A DNA stretch of 64,000 bases from Akkermansia sp. (GTDB lineage Bacteria > Verrucomicrobiota > Verrucomicrobiia > Verrucomicrobiales > Akkermansiaceae). Within the stretch, counting starts at the first letter, position 1, and the number at the start of each line of letters is the position of its first letter. Position numbers and translations under genes: made by a program. The notes under the pieces were generated by a model. It saw only the letters and a list, made by a program, of their open reading frames with translations. It did not search any database and was not told the origin of the DNA. The stretch covers positions 28,353 to 92,352 of the forward strand of contig JAZNIZ010000025.1 in NCBI GenBank assembly GCA_045577775.1. The letters run 5' to 3'. This document shows positions 1-9,536 of this stretch, in pieces.

Positions 1-374
1 CGTACGCTGGTGCCGTAGCGGCGGGCAAGCGCGCTGAGGGTGTCTCCTCGCTGCACGAGGTGTGTAGTGGGGGTGTTAGCAGGTTCTGTTACCCTGGGCT
101 GTTGTTGCCCGGTTGCCTTGGGTAGGGCCTTTGGCTCGTGATAGGGATTTTCTGCCTGTTTGGGCTGGGGTGTGGCAGGTATCTGCACCGGAGCCGGAGT
201 TGAGCGGTAATGCTGCCCTGAGCCGGAGTCGATGATAACATCGTCTTCCATGACCGGTGCAGCTGCATCCTTCCACCAGGTGAAATCCAGACTACCATCC
301 TTTACAACGCAGGAGCTGAGCACCAGCACTGCAGCCGCGCAGGCGGGAATCTGGATTCCGTGGTGGAGATTCAT
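1..374 (-). CDS. LysM-domain lipoprotein, partial (runs off the window start)
   Basis: Translated by hand from ATG at 374: MNLHHGIQIPACAAAVLVLSSC (lipobox-like), a Pro/Gln-rich linker, then HLVQRGDTLSALARRYGTSV, the start of a LysM motif. Absent from the ORF track because it is truncated. Confidence 0.8.
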   Translation of the reverse strand, partial: MNLHHGIQIPACAAAVLVLSSCVVKDGSLDFTWWKDAAAPVMEDDVIIDSGSGQHYRSTPAPVQIPATPQPKQAENPYHEPKALPKATGQQQPRVTEPANTPTTHLVQRGDTLSALARRYGTSV

Positions 375-397
375 GGTTTCAGAGTCAGGGGGTGGTA

Positions 398-1258
398 TCA
401 GCGGCGGTTCTTCTTGGAAACCGTTGAGGTTTTGCCGGGGATGACGATTTTTGTGCCGGCCCGAACCTTGTTAGCCTGAGCCATGGTCATGTTGTTGGCC
501 TTGAGCAGAGCCGCCAGAGTTACACCATTCCTAGCTGCAACCTTGGAGAGCATGTCGCCCTTCTTCACTACATAGGTGCGGCTTACTGGGGTGGGCTTGT
601 CCTTGCTGTCCTTGTATCCCTTGGGCGTGAAGCGAACCTTGATAATCTGACCGGGGTGGATGATGTCTCCCTTGATGCCGGAGTCCTTGCGAATCTGGGC
701 AATGGTGGTGTTGCTGCGCTTAGCGATTTCATACAGGTTGTCGCCAGGGCGCACCTTGTATACCACGAGCGAGGGTTCGTTGACCTTCTTGATCTTCTTT
801 TTCTGCTCCTTCTTCTTGGTGGAAGTCTTCTTGGGGGTGGTAGCGGTGGTGTTGGTTGCTACAGGAGTGGTGGGGGGATTGATCGTTGTGGGCGTGGTGG
901 GCATGGCGTAGGGGTCGAAATCGTCCGCTACGTGGGAGTCCACTACGGTGTCATCTACTGCCAGAGCAGGCTGGTTCTGGCTGGTGATGCCGTTGGAAAC
1001 AGCCATCGATTCACCCGGTTCGGGGGTGGGGAAATGGTTGCGGTTCATTTCAGGTGTGCGCTCGCCGGCGGGAACCTGATAGGTGCTGTCGCTCTCGTAA
1101 ACCCAGGGTGGAAGCTCCTCATCACCAATGGCTACTTCGCTCATAGGCATGGCTTCTTCGTAGCCGAGAGTGTCGCCGTTGTTGCTGAAGATGCTGCAGG
1201 AAGAAAGGGTCATAAGCACGCCGACCCCCAGACAAAGTACAGTAAGGCTTCTCTTCAT
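398..1258 (-). CDS. Lipoprotein with two LysM peptidoglycan-binding domains
   Basis: Lipobox LSSC; LysM motifs YKVRPGDNLYEIAKRSNTTIAQI and YVVKKGDMLSKVAARNGVTLAAL. Confidence 0.9.
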   Translation of the reverse strand: MKRSLTVLCLGVGVLMTLSSCSIFSNNGDTLGYEEAMPMSEVAIGDEELPPWVYESDSTYQVPAGERTPEMNRNHFPTPEPGESMAVSNGITSQNQPALAVDDTVVDSHVADDFDPYAMPTTPTTINPPTTPVATNTTATTPKKTSTKKKEQKKKIKKVNEPSLVVYKVRPGDNLYEIAKRSNTTIAQIRKDSGIKGDIIHPGQIIKVRFTPKGYKDSKDKPTPVSRTYVVKKGDMLSKVAARNGVTLAALLKANNMTMAQANKVRAGTKIVIPGKTSTVSKKNRR

Positions 1259-1444
1259 ACGCCGCCTACCCTAGCAGAGTTTAGGGGAAAAAGCAAGCTT
1301 TTTTCGTGCTCGCGTGCGCGCGAAAAAAATGCGTCATGGATGGAAGAAAATGTTTTACCAGCGTTCCTGTTTATGGTAACGTTCGTACGCTAGCTCACGC
1401 GTTGGTGCGGAGCATGAAAAACTTATCATATACGTTATCAACAT

Positions 1445-1984
1445 ATGAATCTGGAAGGAACAAAGACCGCTAAGAATCTGGCTATTGCCTTTGCTGGCGA
1501 GGCTCAGGCATATACCAAGTATCAGTATTACGCCTCCAAGGCTAAGAAGGATGGCTACGTGCAAATCTCAGAATTGTTTGAGGAGACTGCCCGCAATGAG
1601 AAGGAGCATGCCAAGCTTTGGTTCAAGGCGCTGCATAACGGTGGTATTCCCAGCACTATTGAGAATCTGAAAGACGCTGCTGCTGGTGAAAACTACGAGT
1701 GGACGGATATGTACGCCACCTTTGCCAAGGAAGCTCGTGAAGAGGGCTTTGAGGAGCTTGCTGTATTGTTCGATGGCGTGGCCGCTGTGGAAAAACACCA
1801 CGAGGAGCGCTATCGTAAGCTGCTGGCCAACATCGAGGGGGGGCTGGTGTTCTCTCGTGATGGCGATGAAATCTGGCAGTGTGGTAACTGTGGCCATATC
1901 CAGATTGGTAAGAAAGCTCCGGCTATCTGCCCCGTGTGCGCTCACCCGCAGTCTTATTTCCGCATTGAGGCGGTGAATTATTAA
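1445..1984 (+). CDS. rbr: Rubrerythrin
   Basis: Di-iron motifs AGEAQA, EKEH, EKHH and a C-terminal rubredoxin-like CGNC...CPVC. Confidence 0.95.
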   Translation: MNLEGTKTAKNLAIAFAGEAQAYTKYQYYASKAKKDGYVQISELFEETARNEKEHAKLWFKALHNGGIPSTIENLKDAAAGENYEWTDMYATFAKEAREEGFEELAVLFDGVAAVEKHHEERYRKLLANIEGGLVFSRDGDEIWQCGNCGHIQIGKKAPAICPVCAHPQSYFRIEAVNY

Positions 1985-1998
1985 TGCTTCCATTTTAT

Positions 1999-2035
1999 AC
2001 CCGCCGCCAGGGGAACCCGGCGGCGGGTGCTTTTT
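1999..2035 (+). terminator. Intrinsic terminator after rbr
   Basis: ACCCGCCGCC / GGCGGCGGGT stem followed by a T run. Confidence 0.7.
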
Positions 2036-2041
2036 GTGCAT

Positions 2042-2221
2042 ATGTGGCAGGCAAATAAACTCAGTATCATTATTCTGGCTATTGGATTTGCCATATTGGG
2101 TGGGGCGTATTGGTATCTTGCTCCACAAGATGAACTGCTGGCCAAGCGGGTGCTCTACACCGGCATTTGTGCGTTGCTGTTTGTGGTGGCTGTGGCAAAC
2201 TGGCTTAGCCTGAAGAAGTAA
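2042..2221 (+). CDS. Small two-TM membrane protein (59 aa)
   Basis: Two hydrophobic stretches; ATG at 2042 just after the terminator. Confidence 0.5.
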   Translation: MWQANKLSIIILAIGFAILGGAYWYLAPQDELLAKRVLYTGICALLFVVAVANWLSLKK

Positions 2222-2233
2222 AATGCTGTCGCA

Positions 2234-3010
2234 TCAGCGGTAGGTTTTGCAGCGGTTGAGCCAGCCGGCGAGCCAGCGTTTCTCCCCGCGGCTGGCGGGA
2301 GAATTCTCGACGCGACGCGTGAGCACAGCGCTCGCTGCACGCGAAAATTCAGCTGTGGCTGCGGTACCGTCTGGGTATCCGTTCATTTCTTCCAGTACCT
2401 GGAGGAGTCCCCAGCCTTTGCCTTGGTAGCGCTCGGTGGGTTTAGTGCCCTCGCCCTTGAAATTCACATAATCCACCAGGCAGTACATGCCCTGGGTGGT
2501 GGTTGCCAGGGCTGCATAGCGTCGGCGTACGGCTTCCGGTTGCTGGCTGTGTTGCATCATGTTTCTGAGCGCCTTGTGTGAACGCGCGATGATAAAACGC
2601 GCCTGGATGTCGATATGGGAGGCCAGCCAGCGCCGCATGGTATTGGCGCGGTTGCTGCGGTCGGCCTCAAAGGCTGCCTTGGTTGGCCAGGGCGCTGGGC
2701 CGTCAAAACAGGTGGGTACGTCTACGCCTTTGGCGCGGGCAAATCGCACAAACGTGGGGAAGCTTTCATCGAACGCTTCCTGCACCCCGGCGGGGTACCA
2801 GATAAAATGCCCGATGCCCAGGGAGGGGAAGGCTTCGCCTGCATTCCAGGAAACGAGTCCTTGCACGCTGCCGGCGCATTCGTTTTTCCAGATGCGTCTG
2901 CCCAGTTCCAGAGCGTTTACCTGGTAGGAATATGCTCCTCTGGGCGGGGCGGGCTGGGTGGCGCAGGATGCCAGGGCGAATACCAGCAGGGGGAGTATTA
3001 TAAATCTCAT
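2234..3010 (-). CDS. Hypothetical lipoprotein, possible lysozyme-like fold
   Basis: Start moved to ATG 3010 (MRFIILPLLVFALASC lipobox), directly downstream of a TTTACT-16-TAAAAT promoter; contains E...SLGIGHF. Confidence 0.75.
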   Translation of the reverse strand: MRFIILPLLVFALASCATQPAPPRGAYSYQVNALELGRRIWKNECAGSVQGLVSWNAGEAFPSLGIGHFIWYPAGVQEAFDESFPTFVRFARAKGVDVPTCFDGPAPWPTKAAFEADRSNRANTMRRWLASHIDIQARFIIARSHKALRNMMQHSQQPEAVRRRYAALATTTQGMYCLVDYVNFKGEGTKPTERYQGKGWGLLQVLEEMNGYPDGTAATAEFSRAASAVLTRRVENSPASRGEKRWLAGWLNRCKTYR

Positions 3011-3208
3011 GTGGGGCATTTTACCACGTATCAGGGGTGAGTAAAGCTTGCTTTCTGGCTGCATGCGAACTTTTGTGTGCAAAAAAACTGCCTTTATGCT
3101 TGACACGCTGGCTGCTCTATGGTACATTTCCGCACCGCCATGCGCTCAGAGTGCTTTGTATCACGGCACTGCGTAGGCAGAAACAACCGAAATTATACAT
3201 TTTTAGAT

Positions 3209-3454
3209 ATGGTAGCAATCCGTCTTAACCGTCAGGGGTCTAAGGACCGTCCTTTCTACAAGATCGTTGTCGTTGACAGCCGTGCTCGCCGCGATGGCGA
3301 TTTCATCGAGCAGGTGGGTACTTACAACCCCATGGCTGAAGGTGAGAACTACACGCTGAACCTGGAGAGCGTGGATAAGTGGATCGCCAATGGTGCCCAG
3401 CCTTCTGAGACTGTGGCTTCCATCATCAAGAAGGTTCGCGCCGCCAAGGCCTAA
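3209..3454 (+). CDS. rpsP: 30S ribosomal protein S16
   Basis: [25 protein letters not shown]...GTYNP...[12 protein letters not shown]; true start at ATG 3209. Confidence 0.98.
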   Translation: MVAIRLNRQGSKDRPFYKIVVVDSRARRDGDFIEQVGTYNPMAEGENYTLNLESVDKWIANGAQPSETVASIIKKVRAAKA

Positions 3455-3552
3455 GCCTCTTTCAGAAACCTTTTCACAGGTTGTTTCAGAACGCGCCCCG
3501 GTGCTGCAAGGCATCGGGGCCGTTCTGCGTATCTGGGGCGGGTTGGCCGTTT

Positions 3553-4230
3553 TTACATCCAGCGGAACCAATGGTAAATGAAGCGGAGCAGGCCACCTAT
3601 GCCATAGCGGCAGGTAACCATGGAGTGCCACAGGATTTTATATACAGGCATAGCCTGGAGCATGAGCATGGCCAGCACAGTGCTACGCGTGCGCGAATTA
3701 CTGGTGATTTCATCATAGTCCTTCCCGAAGAGCACGATGAGCTCAAAGGTAATTACTGCGCTGGTGAATAATAGAACACAGATGGTGGAAACAGGATTGC
3801 ATTCTGTACCCCAGCAGGTAAGCGCTGCTCCTGACATTCCCGCAAGCGAGAAGATGGTGCAGAGTTGCCAGCGGTAGAGTTGCTCCGGCCAGAGCTGGAG
3901 CACCAGTGCTGCCGCTGTAAAATAGCATAGAGGACCTGCTGTTATCTGCCAGACAAGCACGGTGACTGCCGGGGAGAACCCGCCCAGGCAGAGTCCTGCG
4001 CTTGCTGCGGCTGCCGTGAGCAATAGCAGTATGGCGCTGGTGGTTAATGCGTGTTCCAGCAGGTAGGCGGCAGTGAGCAGAGCCAGAAATACCAGTGGCA
4101 TGATGAGGTAGTATTGCATGACCCATGCCTGTAATTCCGGAAATTGTGCAGTAATGGTACCGCTGATTGCTACCAGAAGTACGCAGATGGCGCAGCCGAG
4201 ATGAGCTAATGGAGTATGGGGGTGGTTCAT
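3553..4230 (-). CDS. Multi-pass membrane protein (possibly a distant Bax inhibitor-1/YccA-like protein)
   Basis: About 6-7 hydrophobic segments; its start overlaps the stop of the MenE-like gene by 4 nt. The family call is weak. Confidence 0.65.
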   Translation of the reverse strand: MNHPHTPLAHLGCAICVLLVAISGTITAQFPELQAWVMQYYLIMPLVFLALLTAAYLLEHALTTSAILLLLTAAAASAGLCLGGFSPAVTVLVWQITAGPLCYFTAAALVLQLWPEQLYRWQLCTIFSLAGMSGAALTCWGTECNPVSTICVLLFTSAVITFELIVLFGKDYDEITSNSRTRSTVLAMLMLQAMPVYKILWHSMVTCRYGIGGLLRFIYHWFRWM

Positions 4231-5285
4231 GGGCGGGGCAGCAGTTCTGCCGCCTTAGAGCGGGCAATTTTGCCGTTTTCGGTGCGGGGCAGGGTGGTGC
4301 AGTGGTACAGGTGTTGCGGCTGGTGGTAACGCGGCAGGGTAGCGCATGCCGCGCGCAGCCTCGCTTCATTGCAAGGCTCCCCCTCCCAGAGCAGGGCAAC
4401 GCATTGCCCAAGAACCGGGTGTGGACAGGGTAGCGCCACGAGAGACAGACCGGTTTCGGCATACAGCTTGCGCTCTATGTCCTCTGCCTGAATTTTAATG
4501 CCTCCGGAATTAATGATTGCGTCTACCCGCCCCAGGATGCGGAATCTGCCATCGGGGGTGATATCTGCCAGATCATTGGTGACCAGCTGGGTGATGTTCA
4601 GGTAGGGGACGCTGATTTGCAGCGTTCCCTGAGAGGAGAGGCCGATGCTGACTCCGGGTAGCGGGGTGTAAAGTTCGCTGCGCAGGGGACCGGTAATGGC
4701 ACGCAGGGCGATATGGGAAAGGGTTTCAGTCATGCCATAGGAGGCGAATACCTGGCATGGATGTGATTGAAGTTGATTTTCCAGAGCTGGGTCTGTAAAA
4801 TTTCCGCCCAGTAGCATGGTGCGTACATTCGCCAGTTGCTCTGCACCGTCTGGTTGTGCCAGGGTGCTGGTTATCTGCATGGGGACCAGAGGTGCAAAAT
4901 CAATGGTTGTATCCAGCCCGGCCAGGGGGGTGGAGCATGGTTCTACTGTAATAAGATTCAGGCCTCCGACCATGGCTCGTACAACCATCATCTGCCCGGC
5001 AATATAGCGGAGTGGCAGGCAGAGCAGAGCAGTCATTCCGGGGTGCAGGTCAAATGCGCGGCAGGTGGCCGTTGCGCTGGCGCACATGGCTGCTTTGGCG
5101 GCATGCAGGCATTTGGGGGCACCGGTGGAGCCGCTGGTTTGCAGTGGCATGGTGGGGGTAGTGTTCCACCATTGTTCAAGAAATCCCGCCAGGTCTGCCT
5201 GTATGCCTGTTTTTTCCTGCCGCCAGGCTGGCAGGGATGCAGGGGTGATGGTGCAGCCATCTACGCTGATGGCGGTGGGGAGCAT
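4227..5285 (-). CDS. menE: AMP-binding enzyme, short O-succinylbenzoate-CoA ligase (MenE)-like
   Basis: ANL motifs TSGSTGAPK, YGMTET, GRVDAIINSGGIKI and LPRTENGK. Confidence 0.8.
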   Translation of the reverse strand: MLPTAISVDGCTITPASLPAWRQEKTGIQADLAGFLEQWWNTTPTMPLQTSGSTGAPKCLHAAKAAMCASATATCRAFDLHPGMTALLCLPLRYIAGQMMVVRAMVGGLNLITVEPCSTPLAGLDTTIDFAPLVPMQITSTLAQPDGAEQLANVRTMLLGGNFTDPALENQLQSHPCQVFASYGMTETLSHIALRAITGPLRSELYTPLPGVSIGLSSQGTLQISVPYLNITQLVTNDLADITPDGRFRILGRVDAIINSGGIKIQAEDIERKLYAETGLSLVALPCPHPVLGQCVALLWEGEPCNEARLRAACATLPRYHQPQHLYHCTTLPRTENGKIARSKAAELLPRP

Positions 5286-5288
5286 GGT

Positions 5289-8200
5289 CTACTTGCAGTT
5301 GGTGACTCTCTGGGTGGTGACTACTTCGCGCAGGCATCGCAGCATCTCGATGCGACCGTTGGCCAGCACCGGCTCAGCGCAGAGAGACAAGCGGCATTGC
5401 GCGGCTCGCTGCAGGGTGGTGACGGTGGCTGCGGTGTCTCGCACCATGGTGCCGGAGGTGGCCATGGCGGGGAAATGCCCCTCATATTCGTCGCGGCTTT
5501 CTACTGCAATGATAACGCCGAGCGGTTCGAGCGCCCGGGGCATCCAGGCTCGCATACTGGCTGTGCTGAGCTGGATATCACAGCCTGCTTTGAGCGCCGC
5601 CATGAGGGCAATGGAAAGATCAATATCGCTGGTGGCTTTCTCGGCGCGTATGCAGAGAGAAAGGGGACGGTAGCTCAGGGTCGTGCGGAAAGCCGGGCTT
5701 TCATCCAGTACCTGGGTGGTGCCGAATTCGTTTTCCCACCAGTAGCCGATGGAGTCTGCTGCCGAAGAAAGGCGAGTGGTGTCATCTGGCCCAGGCTTGG
5801 GAGAAAGGGTTTCCCATGGCGTGAAAGCCAGGTTTCGCTGGGTACCGCGGTGTTGCGGGCGGGCGACCTCCTGCCACTGGCTGAGCGCGGTGAGGAAATT
5901 GTGACCACCGCTCATGGGGACTGTGTTCTGCCAGCCAATGCGCGGTCGCACGCCGGGGCGGGGCTGCGGACAGCAGTTGATGCTGACCTGGCTGGCGGAA
6001 GTGAGCCGGCTCCATAGTTCTATCTCGTTCTTGTCCCGGGAATAGATGCCTACGCTGAGTTCCTGCGATTGTTTGCGCTGCATGCGCCCTGCTTCCTCAG
6101 TGCTTTCAACGCGGATGAGGCCAATTACCGGTACATTGTGGACCGCGCGGGCAAAGGCGCTGCCGGGTTTCACGCCTGCGCGCACACCGGGGCTCCACAC
6201 CTGTGAGCCAATTTCGGCCGTAGCGGGAGCAACAAGCCATGTTTCACCCGGCTCCAGCTGGGTGAGCATGAACCGTTGGTCATCATTGAGCGGGCGTCCC
6301 ATGGGACCGATATCTGCACCTTCCATCCACCCGGGTTGGGCGGTGATGCTGGAGACGGCGTCGCGCAGGGCATTCATGAAATGCTGGTTGTCGTACACTT
6401 CTGCATGAGTGTAGAGAAGGTGCGGCATGGCGGGGTTCTGCCCGGCTCTGCTGAAGAGTGTTTGCGTGATATCGCGGATTGCCTGAGCCCAGTCACCCTG
6501 GGAGGAAAGGTAAATACTGCTGCAGCCACCAGTGCCGCCCAGTACGGGGCGGCCATCGGCTGCTGCGGCCATTTCGTAGGTGTGCTTGGCACTGCCGTGG
6601 TAGATGAGACCATTGACCCGCTCGCTGCTGAGCAGTTTGTGTGCAATCTGGTTATCAAGGCAGGGCAGCATTTGTAGCCTCGGGAACGTGAAACCTGCTT
6701 CGGTCAGCAAATGCGTAAGTTTTTCTGCCAATAGCACGGTGTGCGATGAGGGCTTGTAGATAATCGCATTGCCGGTAATCCATGCTGCGGCAATGCCGGC
6801 CATAGCCTCCTCCAGCGGGTGTACCCGGCTGGGGGCTACTGTGATTACTCCCAATGGACTGGGCTGGGTGCCGTCCATAAGCCCATCCTGCACGATACTG
6901 CGCTCATAGAACCGGCAGGAGTCAATGGAATTGGCGAGCTCCAGGTCGGCTTCTTCCAGGGTGAAGCCTGCATCTCTCACCAGCAGAGAAATGAAATCGG
7001 TGCCGCGTTTCTCCAGCAAGCGTGCCGCCTGCAGCAAGTGAATGCGGCGTTCTTCCTGCGTGGGCGGCATTTGTACAGCCTCGTGTGCGGCGGTGTTGAG
7101 CACATCGCTCACCATCTTGAAATCAGCGGAGCAGAAGCGGTAGTCCTCCATGCCGGGAGCTGTCAGCGAGCGGCTGATGCAGAGTAAGGATGATTCTGTC
7201 TCTTTCCCATTGATACGCAGTGGAATTTGTTGTTGCTTCCGTTCTGCTTCTTCTGCTGCAGCCCGGTGCAGGGTATCCATGCGTGCGCGGTCGGTAATGC
7301 CGGATAACCGGGTGAACGCGTAGGAACCATGGGCACCAGGTGCTTCTCTTGTTTGTTCTTCTCGGCCGCTCAGAGCCGCCAGGAAATGCTGGCGCATGCG
7401 TCCCCAGCCCATGGAGTTGGATTCCAGCTCACCGCCGGAGGCCAGAATGCCTTCTGGGCGCCCCAGTTCCTGCACCAGTGAGAGCAGGTAGGATTCGAAG
7501 CCTGCCTCGCCGCCTTCTGTTGTGACGCCCGTGGTCAGCAGAACCTGAGCGCCATTTTTTGTAAGCAGGCGCCCGGTGTGGTTGCAAAGTCCGGAAATAA
7601 AACAGAATTGGGGGTTGCCCTCGCGGCCAGAGCGACCCCAACTGAGTAGCCCATAGGCAATATCAAACAGGTTGTGGGTGCCGACTACCGGGGTAAGTAC
7701 CTTTTCCTTTGTACTCATGGCGGTGGCAATAAGCTGCTTATAGCGGGCTTCTGTTTCGCTCTTGCTGCGGCACACCTCGTTGGCTGTGCCGTATACGTAG
7801 GTGATTTCCTGTTCTGCGTCCAGGTGGCTGCCCTTGACCAGCAGAACCTTGAGAGGAGCTGCTCCCTTTGCGGCACGAGCGGTCGCCCATTCGGTCATTT
7901 CGCGCAGCAGTGCAGGGCTGCCTTTCAGGTAGGCCGGGATTTCCAACGCTGCGTCAGCCTTGTACAGAGCAGAACCCGCCATGGCCAGGCGGAAACCTTC
8001 TGCCACGATGTTCATGGTGGTGGAAAGGCCGCTTTCTACCAGTATGGGGCGGGGGGTGCTGCCTTGTATGGAAAGCTTGAGGAGCGGACGCAGTTTTCCC
8101 GCCAGGGCTTTGGCTCCGGCTTCGGGAGAGTATGGGTTTAACCCCGGGCAGAGACGCCACGGTTGAATGACCACCCCCACGCCGTCCTGCTTGGTGAGAA

Positions 8201-8753
8201 TAGCTTCCAGGTGCTTGTAGTATTTTTCTGCGCCTTTCTGCCCGAATACCTGGGGTACAAGCGGATTTAGAGCCAGGGTGAGTCCCTCTTTGGAGCATTC
8301 GCGTACGCGTTTGGCCACCTTATCTGCCAGCGTGGGCAGGGTGAGCTCACCAAAGGTGGAGCGGAAAATACGCTGTACTTCTGCGATGGCTGCTCCTTGC
8401 ATGCTGCGTGCAGCCATGGCTGCGGCCTTGAAACGCAGCTTGCCTACTGTGCTGAAAATGGGAGGTACCCCCCCATGTTCTGCCAGGAGCCGCCGGAGGT
8501 TTGCTGCCTGTTCTGCTGAGTCGGTAACGTGGAAAACGCTGCCGCAGAGGTCCTGCACAAAGGCGAGGTTCTTTTTATCTGTGGCCAGGCGTGAAAGTGC
8601 AGAAATGAGCGTGCGCTCATCGGACCGGATTCCCTTCAGGGAGGCAAGCAGAAGCTCCTGGGCCAAATCAGCAGAGTGCTGAGCCAGGGTGCGGTCATCC
8701 CATTTGCGCCGTTTTGCCTCTGCCAGTTGTGCCTGTATATCCAGTTCCGCCAT
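5289..8753 (-). CDS. putA: PutA-like proline dehydrogenase/P5C dehydrogenase homologue with degenerate catalytic motifs
   Basis: PRODH-like LVKG and THNLFDIAY, then an ALDH-like region (GNAIIYKPS, AGQ). Start at ATG 8753, downstream of TTGCCA-17-TAGAAT. Catalytic residues are replaced (see findings). Confidence 0.85.
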   Translation of the reverse strand: MAELDIQAQLAEAKRRKWDDRTLAQHSADLAQELLLASLKGIRSDERTLISALSRLATDKKNLAFVQDLCGSVFHVTDSAEQAANLRRLLAEHGGVPPIFSTVGKLRFKAAAMAARSMQGAAIAEVQRIFRSTFGELTLPTLADKVAKRVRECSKEGLTLALNPLVPQVFGQKGAEKYYKHLEAILTKQDGVGVVIQPWRLCPGLNPYSPEAGAKALAGKLRPLLKLSIQGSTPRPILVESGLSTTMNIVAEGFRLAMAGSALYKADAALEIPAYLKGSPALLREMTEWATARAAKGAAPLKVLLVKGSHLDAEQEITYVYGTANEVCRSKSETEARYKQLIATAMSTKEKVLTPVVGTHNLFDIAYGLLSWGRSGREGNPQFCFISGLCNHTGRLLTKNGAQVLLTTGVTTEGGEAGFESYLLSLVQELGRPEGILASGGELESNSMGWGRMRQHFLAALSGREEQTREAPGAHGSYAFTRLSGITDRARMDTLHRAAAEEAERKQQQIPLRINGKETESSLLCISRSLTAPGMEDYRFCSADFKMVSDVLNTAAHEAVQMPPTQEERRIHLLQAARLLEKRGTDFISLLVRDAGFTLEEADLELANSIDSCRFYERSIVQDGLMDGTQPSPLGVITVAPSRVHPLEEAMAGIAAAWITGNAIIYKPSSHTVLLAEKLTHLLTEAGFTFPRLQMLPCLDNQIAHKLLSSERVNGLIYHGSAKHTYEMAAAADGRPVLGGTGGCSSIYLSSQGDWAQAIRDITQTLFSRAGQNPAMPHLLYTHAEVYDNQHFMNALRDAVSSITAQPGWMEGADIGPMGRPLNDDQRFMLTQLEPGETWLVAPATAEIGSQVWSPGVRAGVKPGSAFARAVHNVPVIGLIRVESTEEAGRMQRKQSQELSVGIYSRDKNEIELWSRLTSASQVSINCCPQPRPGVRPRIGWQNTVPMSGGHNFLTALSQWQEVARPQHRGTQRNLAFTPWETLSPKPGPDDTTRLSSAADSIGYWWENEFGTTQVLDESPAFRTTLSYRPLSLCIRAEKATSDIDLSIALMAALKAGCDIQLSTASMRAWMPRALEPLGVIIAVESRDEYEGHFPAMATSGTMVRDTAATVTTLQRAAQCRLSLCAEPVLANGRIEMLRCLREVVTTQRVTNCK

Positions 8754-8831
8754 ACGTCGCCCCATTCTACCTTGCTATCCATGAGCTGGCAAGTGAAAAA
8801 TATGACTTGCAGCTGGTTCTGAATGGTTAGT

Positions 8832-9536
8832 TTATTTTATCTTCTCCCAATCTATTTGACCGGGAAGCAATTCCTTGATGAGCTTCTGAAGGCGTGCGTC
8901 GGCCTCCTTTTCGGTAATCCCGAGTTCCGGAGCCCAGTGTGAGCCGACCTGGAAATATGCCCAGCTCTGGACTCGACCTCGGAGGAATCGGTCTGCTGTG
9001 TCTTGTATGTTGCGAGTCAGGTGCGAATGGGTGATGACGTCATGCCCCACAAACACGTAATAATGGATGTAGTTAAGTCTCTTTTTGGGCGCATCTCGCA
9101 TGGGAACGGTTGAGGTCAGACGCGTCAGCCTGAGCGACTTTCCATTACTTAACTCGATTTCGCAGGTTTGGCCTTGCAGGTTCAGATGCCCCTGAGCCGG
9201 AAGGCACACCTCTGGCCGGTGAATTGAGTTATTCAGGTCTTGTCCGGAGTATACCAGTGATACGTTAATGGGTGGAGATTCTGCTTCCCAGGGAACTCGC
9301 GGCAACTGCCTGTATATGGCTTTACTGAAGCGAGTATCTTCTGAAAGAACCTGGCGTTCTGTCTCGCTTTCCTGAGTTTTTATTCCTTTCCATCCTGGTA
9401 GGTCATTGTGCAGTGGTAGCTCCGGAGATAAGCTGGATGCTATGATGTCCACTTTATCCGGCAGGGAAAGAGAGTAGGAGAACACGATGCCTGCTACAAT
9501 GAGGGGCGAAAAGGCTTTAAGGATTTTTTTTATCAT
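8832..9536 (-). CDS. Exosortase-associated EpsI-family protein
   Basis: N-terminal TM; IHRPEVCLPAQG motif; YYVFVG; overlaps the exosortase stop codon. Confidence 0.8.
   Translation of the reverse strand: MIKKILKAFSPLIVAGIVFSYSLSLPDKVDIIASSLSPELPLHNDLPGWKGIKTQESETERQVLSEDTRFSKAIYRQLPRVPWEAESPPINVSLVYSGQDLNNSIHRPEVCLPAQGHLNLQGQTCEIELSNGKSLRLTRLTSTVPMRDAPKKRLNYIHYYVFVGHDVITHSHLTRNIQDTADRFLRGRVQSWAYFQVGSHWAPELGITEKEADARLQKLIKELLPGQIDWEKIK

Noticed and set aside
1418-1444. TTATCA direct repeat upstream of rbr as a PerR/Fur-type operator
   Set aside because: Too short and AT-rich to distinguish from background, and there is no clear dyad symmetry.
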